From Gammaproteobacteria bacterium (GTDB lineage: Bacteria > Pseudomonadota > Gammaproteobacteria > JBOHHR01), in the NCBI GenBank assembly GCA_050740915.1, contig JBOIEG010000118.1, positions 1 to 33,152 of the forward strand: DNA of 33,152 nt, read 5' to 3'. The notes below the pieces were generated by a model that was not told where the DNA came from, did no database searches, and was given only the letters and a program-made list of their open reading frames with translations. The translations under genes were made by a program, and so were the position numbers. This document shows, one piece after another, positions 7,605-14,876 of the stretch (positions are counted from its first letter, which is position 1; every line of letters begins with the position of its first letter).

Positions 7605-8294
7605 GTGGCTAGACGCAAACGCACTATCGTTGATGTTGATGGCAATGTTATCGTTACCGACTCCGACACCACCATACGCACCGCCCTTGAGCAGGCTGGG
7701 ATAGCAAATGATGTGGTAAGCGTGGTAAGCGGTGGTGAGATCATCACCGCAGAGGACTTTGACCGCCCTGCTCCAGCCCACGGGATGTTGACTAACCAGA
7801 CCGATATAGAGAAAGGCGGGGCTACGCTTCGTGAGCGTCTGCTTAATCGGGAGTTCGACCTAATCGCCCGCTTCTTAAGCACCTTTACCGGCAGGAAACG
7901 CTCCCTTGAGCTTGACGATACCTACCTTCTCATCCGCGCTTTCCCTCTCCCCGATTCCTACGCAACGGATTACGTCGATCTCTTGTTTGTCATCAGCGGT
8001 TATTACGACCTGCCTCCTGGAGGTCTGCACATCCCCTCTAAAACCCCCAACCGCGAACAGATAGTCAAGCACCTTGGCGGCCATGTGCAGGTCAACTCAT
8101 CACACGTACTCAACCACACCCCTGCAAGTTACCGTAAAACTGTAGATCAGCTTGCCCAGCTCGGCTGGGACTGGATATGTCTACACCACAAAAATTGGTC
8201 GTGGAAGTTCAACCCCGAGAGCCTCCTCTCAGGAGATTGCCTTTTCAAGTTCGTTGAGAACGTTTTTATAGCACTCTCAGGCAAGCTCAAGTAG
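7605..8294 (+). CDS. ubiquitin-like (beta-grasp) domain fused to an E2/UBC-like domain
   Basis: 229 aa with a GTG start 9 nt after AGGAGG (7590-7595). Residues about 7-52 (TIVDVDGNVIVTDSDTTIRTALEQAGIANDVVSVVSGGEIITAEDF) look like a ThiS/multi-ubiquitin type beta-grasp. They are followed by IEKGG (Gly71-Gly72). The rest is UBC-like: YYDLPPGGLHIP, WDWICLHH (candidate catalytic Cys192), WKFNPESL. The gene is 8 nt upstream of a JAB-E1 gene. Confidence 0.6.
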   Translation: MARRKRTIVDVDGNVIVTDSDTTIRTALEQAGIANDVVSVVSGGEIITAEDFDRPAPAHGMLTNQTDIEKGGATLRERLLNREFDLIARFLSTFTGRKRSLELDDTYLLIRAFPLPDSYATDYVDLLFVISGYYDLPPGGLHIPSKTPNREQIVKHLGGHVQVNSSHVLNHTPASYRKTVDQLAQLGWDWICLHHKNWSWKFNPESLLSGDCLFKFVENVFIALSGKLK

Positions 8295-8302
8295 GGTAAG
8301 CC

Positions 8303-9856
8303 ATGAACAAGCCTACTCATCCTAAGAAAGTCATCATCCGCTTCACTGCCCGTGCTTATGAGCGGGTAAGGCGGCTTCTGCTCAAGGACGAAAATGAGCA
8401 GATGTGTTTTGTCTTTGCCCATGTGGTCGAGACCCCAACCCCAAACCGCCTAGTATTTCTTTGCGATTACGTTTTACAGCTACATGATTCCTGCTACCTT
8501 AAGCGCACCCCAACATCCGTAGTCCTAGACCATCGAGCCAAAAACATAGTCTACGCTCGCTTCGCAGCCAGCACCTATGACGGGCTTCTTAACATCCACT
8601 CGCACCCCTTCGACAAAGGAAGAGTTGCCTTTTCCTCAAAAGATGATGAAGACGATTTGCGTGAAATCGCTTGGCAGTATGAACAACTGCCCCGAGGAAA
8701 AAGAGCCTACGGCAACCCAAGAAAAGTTCATTGCCTTTCTATGGTATTTGGCCAGAGAAGCCTTGACGCAAGAGGTCTTACCTGCCGGCATCTAGGCTTC
8801 CAAGAAGGTCTCTGCCCTCCCTTTTACCGAATTGAACAAGTACAGATTCTTGGCGAGAAACTTTCCGTTATAACGCCAACAGGAGCCACCAATTCACCAA
8901 CTCTTTCTTCTTCTGACCGCATAACGTATGACCGGCAAATTCTGGCGTTTGGAGCAGAAGGGCAAAAAACCCTTGGCTCCCTCCATATCAGCTTAATCGG
9001 AACTGGTGGGATCGGAAGTATCCTTGGAGAAGGTGTCTGCCGTATGGGGGTCAAGACCCTTACCCTCATAGACCACGACCTGTTATCTCCTCACTCGTTA
9101 AATCGTTGGCAAGGAGGTCGTCCTTCCGACATAGGCAAACCCAAAGCGCAGGTTTTGGCAACACACCTCAGGAGGATGTTTCCGGGCATAAAGGTTACAT
9201 CTATTGCAAAGCCCCTCACCCATCCTAAGGCGCTTAAGGCCATTAAGGGCGCAGATTTCCTTCTTGCAGGAGTCGACAACCACCAAGCCCGTTGGCTCTT
9301 GAACAGAATTTCAGCCCAATTCCTCATCCCGTATCTGGACGGAGCAACAGTCATCGCAAAGGGAAAGGGGGAAGCCAACAACCGCATGCAGCTTTTCTAC
9401 CGGTTAGCTGTCGTAGTACCCGGTATAACTGCATGCCTTTCCTGCAGCCAGATCAAATATTGGAATCATCAAGAAGATATTGCTCCCTATCTCTACGATC
9501 CAATAACCCGTTCCCGGCTTCAGGTATCAGGCTACATCCAAGACCATCCAGAGGAACAGGCACCCTCTGTTATGCCGCTTAACATGCTGGTTGCCGCATC
9601 AGTTCTTCTCGAACTTCTAAACCTTGTAACAGACTATGCTCCATTAGCTCGCAATGTGGCAGTTGATCACCTCTCCCCCAATCACACAACAGTGCGATCA
9701 GACACTAAAAACTTCCCTGAAGGCCCGGCCGAGGATTGTATTTCCTGCTTCGCACTTCTGGGTAAAGGCAACAGCGAACCCTTGCCCGTGATCGACATGC
9801 CTGCCCTTACAGAGTCCCAAATTGATAACCATTTCCCCCTTGCTGCCAATGAATAG
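8303..9856 (+). CDS. JAB/MPN metallopeptidase fused to ThiF/MoeB-type E1 adenylyltransferase
   Basis: 517 aa.
- JAMM-like motif: ENEQMCFVFAH ... NIHSHPFDKGRVAFSSKDDEDD (E, HxH, SxxD).
- E1 part: YDRQILAFGAEGQKTLGSLHISLIGTGGIGSILGEGVCRMGVKTLTLIDHDLLSPHSLNRW (Rossmann GxGGxG plus the D.D...NLNRQ-like motif), VDNHQARWLLN, and two CxxC pairs (CLSC, CISC). Confidence 0.8.
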   Translation: MNKPTHPKKVIIRFTARAYERVRRLLLKDENEQMCFVFAHVVETPTPNRLVFLCDYVLQLHDSCYLKRTPTSVVLDHRAKNIVYARFAASTYDGLLNIHSHPFDKGRVAFSSKDDEDDLREIAWQYEQLPRGKRAYGNPRKVHCLSMVFGQRSLDARGLTCRHLGFQEGLCPPFYRIEQVQILGEKLSVITPTGATNSPTLSSSDRITYDRQILAFGAEGQKTLGSLHISLIGTGGIGSILGEGVCRMGVKTLTLIDHDLLSPHSLNRWQGGRPSDIGKPKAQVLATHLRRMFPGIKVTSIAKPLTHPKALKAIKGADFLLAGVDNHQARWLLNRISAQFLIPYLDGATVIAKGKGEANNRMQLFYRLAVVVPGITACLSCSQIKYWNHQEDIAPYLYDPITRSRLQVSGYIQDHPEEQAPSVMPLNMLVAASVLLELLNLVTDYAPLARNVAVDHLSPNHTTVRSDTKNFPEGPAEDCISCFALLGKGNSEPLPVIDMPALTESQIDNHFPLAANE

Positions 9857-10802
9857 TACTCACGAGAAGAAGCAGCCTAACAAAGGCACCAAGCCATATA
9901 TTTTGACCAAGGCCACGGAACGAATCCTAAGAGCCGCCCATTTTTATCGCTTTCTGACAGCTCTTGACTTCGCAACCCTTCTTTACAGCCCTTCCTCTTT
10001 AACCTATGCGCGCGCGCTCTTATCCGAGCTTGCCGGAGGGGAGGATTTCAAGACCAACGAGTATCTCTATAGATTCAAGTTGCCCAACGGGACATCAAAT
10101 GGCAGCAGAATATATACCCTCGGAGTTAAAGGCAGAAACTATTTAGTAAGTGAGCTGGGCTTACCTGCTGATTGGTATTTCAGACCCCATAAATTGAAGT
10201 ATCTTAGCTATTGTCAGGCTGATCATAACCTCAGCCTTGCCCGTTTTCAAATTTCAGCCCAAGCCTGGGCTAAGAAGCAACCCAATTACCGCATCGCGCA
10301 CATCCGTATTTGTTACGAACTTGCCCAAACAGCACCTATTATCGAGATCACCACACAAGGCAAAACAGAAAGACTCAAAGTCATACCGGACGCGTGGGTA
10401 TGTTTTCAAAAACTCAGGGACGGCAGTGGTGAGCATGAACGTTTTATGCCAGTCCTGCTGGAGCTAGATCGCGGAACAGAGCACCAGCTCCGCTTCAAAC
10501 AACATGTGCGCTCCAAGATCGCCTTTATTCAAACGGGCGCCTATAGGCAGCTCTTCCACACCAATGCAGTAGTGATCGCCTACGTGACCACAGGACAAAC
10601 ACCTGACTATCAGCGCACAAGGAGAAAAGCCATTTGCCGCTTCACAATGGAAGTATTAAAAGAACTCGGAAAGGAATCCTGGGCTTCCATATTTCGCATC
10701 ACCAGCACTAGTCTTGAGCATATCTATGAGACGCCTTTTTTTGATGCACCCATCTGGTACCGGCCTGATTCGGACACGCCAGTGCCCCTTTTCACTCCCT
10801 AA
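9849..10802 (+). CDS. Replic_Relax (replication-relaxation) family-like protein
   Basis: The ORF-track frame opens at 9822, but the first ATG is 9849 (MNSTHEKK). It overlaps the E1 stop (9854-9856) by 8 nt. ILRAAHFYRFLTALDFATLLYSPSSLTYARALLSELA resembles the N-terminal wHTH signature of Replic_Relax proteins found on plasmids. Confidence 0.5.
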   Translation: MNSTHEKKQPNKGTKPYILTKATERILRAAHFYRFLTALDFATLLYSPSSLTYARALLSELAGGEDFKTNEYLYRFKLPNGTSNGSRIYTLGVKGRNYLVSELGLPADWYFRPHKLKYLSYCQADHNLSLARFQISAQAWAKKQPNYRIAHIRICYELAQTAPIIEITTQGKTERLKVIPDAWVCFQKLRDGSGEHERFMPVLLELDRGTEHQLRFKQHVRSKIAFIQTGAYRQLFHTNAVVIAYVTTGQTPDYQRTRRKAICRFTMEVLKELGKESWASIFRITSTSLEHIYETPFFDAPIWYRPDSDTPVPLFTP

Positions 10803-10834
10803 TCCCCTATCCCATTACTACACAGGAGACACAC

Positions 10835-11188
10835 ATGACAAACCTTGACCAAATTCAAACCATTTCAAGCGACCAGCTGACCTTAATGCAAAACAAAATC
10901 AACAAAGAACTTGAGAAGCGCTCTGGCCAAGACATAGACATTAAGAAAATCCGGAGCCAAGCCTACAAACTTGCCAAAGCCTTAGGCTGCGAATGGATAG
11001 CCGACAGTTATCCCAAAGAGAGCATACAGGACACAGACAAACCCAACAGGAGGGGAAGAAAACCAAAGACTGACGAAAAAGCAGAAACCCCAGTGGCTAC
11101 TCAAACCAAACTACAAGAGGCCACCTCGCCGATTGGCAACACTTCTCCCGAGGAGGAGAAGCGAGAATCCTCCCTATGGCCTTTATAG
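10835..11188 (+). CDS. small AT-hook (RRGRKPK) protein, possible nucleoid-associated/silencer-like; paralog of 20720-20980
   Basis: 117 aa, with AGGAG 6 nt upstream of the ATG. It has an N-terminal helical segment and then DKPNRRGRKPKT. It is about half identical by eye to the 86-aa product of 20720-20980. Confidence 0.6.
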   Translation: MTNLDQIQTISSDQLTLMQNKINKELEKRSGQDIDIKKIRSQAYKLAKALGCEWIADSYPKESIQDTDKPNRRGRKPKTDEKAETPVATQTKLQEATSPIGNTSPEEEKRESSLWPL

Positions 11189-11276
11189 CCATGCCCCAGT
11201 CCTCAGCTAGTCCTTGTGGCCACAGATATCACATACCACAATATTTAGTAAAAAACTCTTTACTTTTGCCCGCACA

Positions 11277-11525
11277 ATGAATACAGTCAATTGTATGGCG
11301 ATTGGCGAGAAGATCAAAAAGCTCCGGCTGGCGGCTGGCCTGAACCAAAAGCAGGTGGCTGTAAAAGCCGACATCGATCAGGGCGGGCTAAGCAAGCTTG
11401 AGCGTGGCCTGACAACAAACACCACCTTGGAAACGCTGCAGAGCATTGCCCGCGCGCTCGGCTGTAGCGTGGTTGACCTCCTCGACGAGGAGCACAAGCA
11501 AAAACCGAAGAAGACAGCCGCCTGA
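11277..11525 (+). CDS. XRE-family helix-turn-helix transcriptional regulator
   Basis: IGEKIKKLRLAAGLNQKQVAVKADIDQGGLSKLERGLTTNTTLETLQSIARALGCSVVDLL is a canonical Cro/C1-type HTH. The first ATGs in the frame are 11277 and 11295. Confidence 0.8.
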   Translation: MNTVNCMAIGEKIKKLRLAAGLNQKQVAVKADIDQGGLSKLERGLTTNTTLETLQSIARALGCSVVDLLDEEHKQKPKKTAA

Positions 11526-11697
11526 TACCCTGTGTATGGGTCGCTGAAAGGCCCGGTGGCACGACTAGGATTTAATCAGCGCGGAAAAATAAAAGACCCA
11601 AAAATGAGTGAGGCCGGGGGATGTACAAGATCCGCCAGCCTCGGATATATAACACAACCAATCAGGCACCATGCAAAAATGCCATCAAGGATAAATA

Positions 11698-12441
11698 ATG
11701 TTAGCGGACAGTAAGCCAACTGTCCAGCCCCCCGGCAACCGTTGTGGACACAATCCCTGCTCTCCCCGCTCATTTGAGCCCCCCGAACGTCACAAAGCGC
11801 GTCCAGGCATCCTGCGCAAGCTCGGCGAGAAGATCTGCGCCTACTACGACGCCCCCGCCAAGATCCTGCCCAGCCTCAACCTTGCCAACGGCAAGGACAG
11901 CCAGCAACGCTCCGAGCGCCGTGAAGCGTGTTTGCAGCTTCTTTCCTGCCTGATTCACTTCCTCGATCTGGTCACCTTGCGCGTTGGGATCCCCCAGGCT
12001 AACGGATCGTTCCGCGGCCTCTCCCTGCCCTATCTCGCCGGCCTCTCAGGGCTGGAGCTGCGCCGCGCCGAGCGCGCCTGCCACGATCTGGTTGTATCCG
12101 GCATCCTGACAGTGCACCCCATCGCAAAAAAGACAAACACCGGGGAGTTTAGTGGCCTCCCGGCCATCCGCACCCTCTCCCAGGCACTCTTCCGCGCCTT
12201 CAACCTCGCTCACTGGCTTAAGCACGAGCGCAACAAGGCTTCCAAGCGCCAGCGCAAGCAAGAGCGCAAGGAGGAGGCGATGGGGCGTATGGAGCTGGTG
12301 CTGAAGGGCGCAGAGGCGAAAGCCCGGCAAGGCAATCCACAGAGCCAGACAACCAAGCCGCAACCCCTATCCAAGCCAGAGGAGCCGGCCTCCGTGATCG
12401 CCCGCCTCAAGCACATGCTCCGGGGCACCGGACCGCCCTAG
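11698..12441 (+). CDS. putative plasmid replication initiator (winged-helix, basic C-terminus)
   Basis: 247 aa, with AAGGA 8 nt upstream. LSLPYLAGLSGLELRRAERACHDLVVSGILTV looks like a wHTH. A basic tail follows: KHERNKASKRQRKQERK. The functional call rests mainly on the iteron array about 200 bp downstream. Confidence 0.4.
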   Translation: MLADSKPTVQPPGNRCGHNPCSPRSFEPPERHKARPGILRKLGEKICAYYDAPAKILPSLNLANGKDSQQRSERREACLQLLSCLIHFLDLVTLRVGIPQANGSFRGLSLPYLAGLSGLELRRAERACHDLVVSGILTVHPIAKKTNTGEFSGLPAIRTLSQALFRAFNLAHWLKHERNKASKRQRKQERKEEAMGRMELVLKGAEAKARQGNPQSQTTKPQPLSKPEEPASVIARLKHMLRGTGPP

Positions 12442-12635
12442 TCTCCCCTTCCCTCCTCAAGCTGCAAAGCCCCTGAGCTTGAAGCACCAGGACAGACACC
12501 TTTTGTCTATCTAACCCAACTAAGCGCAATTTGCGCTCTTAAAGGCACGTACCAGCGCCTCCAGCTGCCCAATTTCACGCACCTGTAACCCATACCCACT
12601 AGCCTTGCTCACTCCCCGACAAAGCACACCTAAAT

Positions 12636-12734
12636 TAAGTGTCGGTAGGCTCTCCAATAACTGTCGGGGTGGGTGGCCACCGGCAAAACCCCATCCTCTT
12701 AAGTGTCGGTATGCAGAAGCGATAAGTGTCGGAG
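12636..12734 (+). repeat. iteron-like direct repeats (candidate oriV)
   Basis: TAAGTGTCGGTA at 12636-12647, TAACTGTCGGGG at 12658-12669, TAAGTGTCGGTA at 12700-12711, and TAAGTGTCGGAG at 12723-12734. Spacings are 22, 42 and 23 bp, so the copies sit on a ~21-22-bp phase with one position skipped. Confidence 0.55.
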
Positions 12735-13039
12735 CTTAATCAAACTCTTTTTCAGCATAGGAACACCTAGACTGGCCTAATCGGGATACCCCAGCACCCA
12801 GCAACCGCACCTGCCGCATAAATCGGTTTTCAATATCAAAAAGGGGATTAGGGCGTTCCATAGAACAGCGTGCTCAAACCGGACGGCCTGAGAGCCCCTA
12901 GGAGTGACGATCTCACCTTGACCCATACGTCTGGCTACCCAAAAAAGCAGGAAAAACCTCTCTTTCCTAGAACAAAGGCTCCCCTGCCCCACGAGCACAA
13001 GCATTAAAATATCATAAGCTATTGATGATACGTAACTTC

Positions 13040-13067
13040 TTGACAATATCTTTACAAGGTATATAAT
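13040..13067 (+). promoter_or_regulatory. consensus sigma70 promoter for parDE
   Basis: Perfect TTGACA (13040-13045), 16-nt spacer, perfect TATAAT (13062-13067), about 23 nt upstream of the ATG at 13090. Confidence 0.65.
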
Positions 13068-13089
13068 ATGTTTGTTGAAACTTTGGATT

Positions 13090-13374
13090 ATGCAAATGAC
13101 CACCAAAACCATGCATATCTCTCTGCCTGGGTCCCTGATCGAATCGGCAAAGCTACAGGTAGAGGAGGGAAAATTTAGCAATGTCAGCGATTATGTGCGC
13201 TCCCTCATTCGCGAGGATTTACGAAGGCACGAAGAACAAAAGCTAGAACAGATGCTACTCGTTGGGGTGCGCTCCGAGCGTGGGATGGAAGTTGGCTCAA
13301 AGGAATGGAAGGAGTTTCGCAAACGCTTGGTAAGACAAAGCCCGCAACAAAGTAAAAAAACCCAAGAAGCATGA
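13090..13374 (+). CDS. parD: ParD-family (RHH/CopG) antitoxin
   Basis: MQMTTKTMHISLPGSLIESAKLQVEEGKFSNVSDYVRSLIREDLRR matches the ParD/COG3609 pattern. The ORF-track frame opens at a TTG (13072). The ATG at 13090 or 13096 is the more likely start. The stop overlaps the toxin start (ATGA). Confidence 0.8.
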   Translation: MQMTTKTMHISLPGSLIESAKLQVEEGKFSNVSDYVRSLIREDLRRHEEQKLEQMLLVGVRSERGMEVGSKEWKEFRKRLVRQSPQQSKKTQEA

Positions 13375-13703
13375 AAAGATGGAGGGTACTCACCAAACGA
13401 CAAGCCGAAGAAGACACTAACGAAATCTACTCCTACATTGCCCGGGATAGCCCCCAAGCCGCAGAGGGCTTTTTAGATGCTATAGAACAAGCCTCTTCAA
13501 TTCTCTCTACTACCCCTGAGATTGGCTCCTCTCGTTATTTTCACCATCCTGAGCTACACGGACTTCGCTTCTACCCCCTCAAAAGGTATGAAAAATACCT
13601 TTTGTTTTATCGCACTGTGGAAGAAGAGCACGTTGTTGAAATAGCGCGCATCATCCATGGCGCACGGGACTTACCAACACTCTTTGGTCAGGAACAAAAC
13701 TGA
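13371..13703 (+). CDS. parE: ParE/RelE-family toxin
   Basis: 110 aa. QAEEDTNEIYSYIARDSPQAAEGFLDAIEQ ... YLLFYRTVEEEHVVEIARIIHGARD is the typical ParE layout. It is translationally coupled to parD. Confidence 0.8.
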   Translation: MKRWRVLTKRQAEEDTNEIYSYIARDSPQAAEGFLDAIEQASSILSTTPEIGSSRYFHHPELHGLRFYPLKRYEKYLLFYRTVEEEHVVEIARIIHGARDLPTLFGQEQN

Positions 13704-13857
13704 CTCGCCTTGATACCACATAACATAAGCCATTCGGGTACTACATGGCGCTCGCGATATCACTGCTCTTTTCGAGGAGGAAGAAAACAAATAGATTTGT
13801 ATTTCACACTTACCTGTCCAATTCCGAGGCGAGGGATGCAGACGCGATGTTGAGCCA

Positions 13858-14073
13858 TCAGGACGGTACCCCAAACTTACTTTTCAAAGCCTCAATGACC
13901 ACCTCAGTCATTGATATACCCCTTTTCTTACTTTCACCAGCCCAATGACGGCGTAAAGATAGAGGGACTTTGATACAAAGGTTTACCATCTCTTCAGCGA
14001 TTTCTTCTGGTTTTATGGTATTATGGTTTACATCCTTTCTGGCTTCCTTAATTATCTCACTGTACTTACTCAT
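13858..14073 (-). CDS. small RHH partition adaptor (ParG-like)
   Basis: 71 aa. The C-terminal VPLSLRRHWAGESKKRGISMTEVVIEALKSKF is ribbon-helix-helix-like. It overlaps the stop of the upstream small ParA by 4 nt. Confidence 0.55.
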   Translation of the reverse strand: MSKYSEIIKEARKDVNHNTIKPEEIAEEMVNLCIKVPLSLRRHWAGESKKRGISMTEVVIEALKSKFGVPS

Positions 14074-14675
14074 TTCAGTATTCCTACTATCTCATCACCT
14101 AAATTTTCATAGTCCGTCCAGAAAACCTTTTGCTTGTAATTATCTACGTCCTTAACCGTCGTACCTGCCAGCCCCGCTTTTGAATAAGCTACAGATCTCC
14201 GGATCATGGTCTGGAAAACTGGTATACCAGAATTCTGTAAATCTTGTTTTATGGTATCCGCTTCTTTATTGGGAGCTGGGGGAACGATAGTTAGAAGGAC
14301 TCGGTATGCCGTATCACTAATGTTTCTCGTAAGATCTAACATAGGTTGTAGTGATACAACATCAGGGGTAGTAGGTAGAATTAGCAGGTCGCATCCTTTA
14401 GATAATTCTTTTAGATCATCCGTATCAGGTCTTGCAGGGGTATCTATCAAAACATAATCGTGACCAGCCACCATTTTCACAGCTTGGCGTTGATCCACAA
14501 TATTGAAGGGTAGCGAGCCCCTCTTAGCCCAGTTAATACAGGTTCTGTTTTGATCACCATCTACGACAAGCACCTTAGCCATTCCAGATAAAAATCTGGC
14601 CAAGTGTATGGTAGATGTGCTTTTACCTACCCCGCCTTTAAAGCCAGTGATGGTTATTATCTTCATTTCTGGCAT
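14070..14675 (-). CDS. parA: small ParA/ParF-type partition ATPase
   Basis: 201 aa with the deviant Walker A TGFKGGVGKSTSTIHLARFL, then VVDGDQN, then IDTPA. Confidence 0.8.
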   Translation of the reverse strand: MPEMKIITITGFKGGVGKSTSTIHLARFLSGMAKVLVVDGDQNRTCINWAKRGSLPFNIVDQRQAVKMVAGHDYVLIDTPARPDTDDLKELSKGCDLLILPTTPDVVSLQPMLDLTRNISDTAYRVLLTIVPPAPNKEADTIKQDLQNSGIPVFQTMIRRSVAYSKAGLAGTTVKDVDNYKQKVFWTDYENLGDEIVGILK

Positions 14676-14782
14676 ACAAGATATTTGGTTAGATGGTATT
14701 CATTACTACCATGAAACCAGAAAGAAAAGAAGATTTAGACAATTTTCTCGGGCGCCTCGCTCATATGACATAGTTTGAAATA

Positions 14783-14824
14783 TTGACACATGCGTAAGTT
14801 ATTGTTTAATATAGAGTAAGTTAT
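14783..14824 (+). promoter_or_regulatory. promoter with overlapping 9-bp direct repeats upstream of the second parA
   Basis: TTGACA (14783-14788), 18-nt spacer, TAATAT (14807-14812). GTAAGTTAT occurs at 14794-14802 and 14816-14824, 22 bp apart, bracketing the -10. Confidence 0.45.
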
Positions 14825-14876
14825 AAGAAACGCTATCGAAATAACCCGTTAGGGCTTTTGGTAGGTTTAACTTAAT

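Noticed and set aside
12777-13181. 134-aa minus-strand ORF across the parDE promoter.
   Set aside because: It overlaps a perfect TTGACA-16-TATAAT promoter and the parD start. It has no motif and its composition is heterogeneous, so it is probably not a gene.
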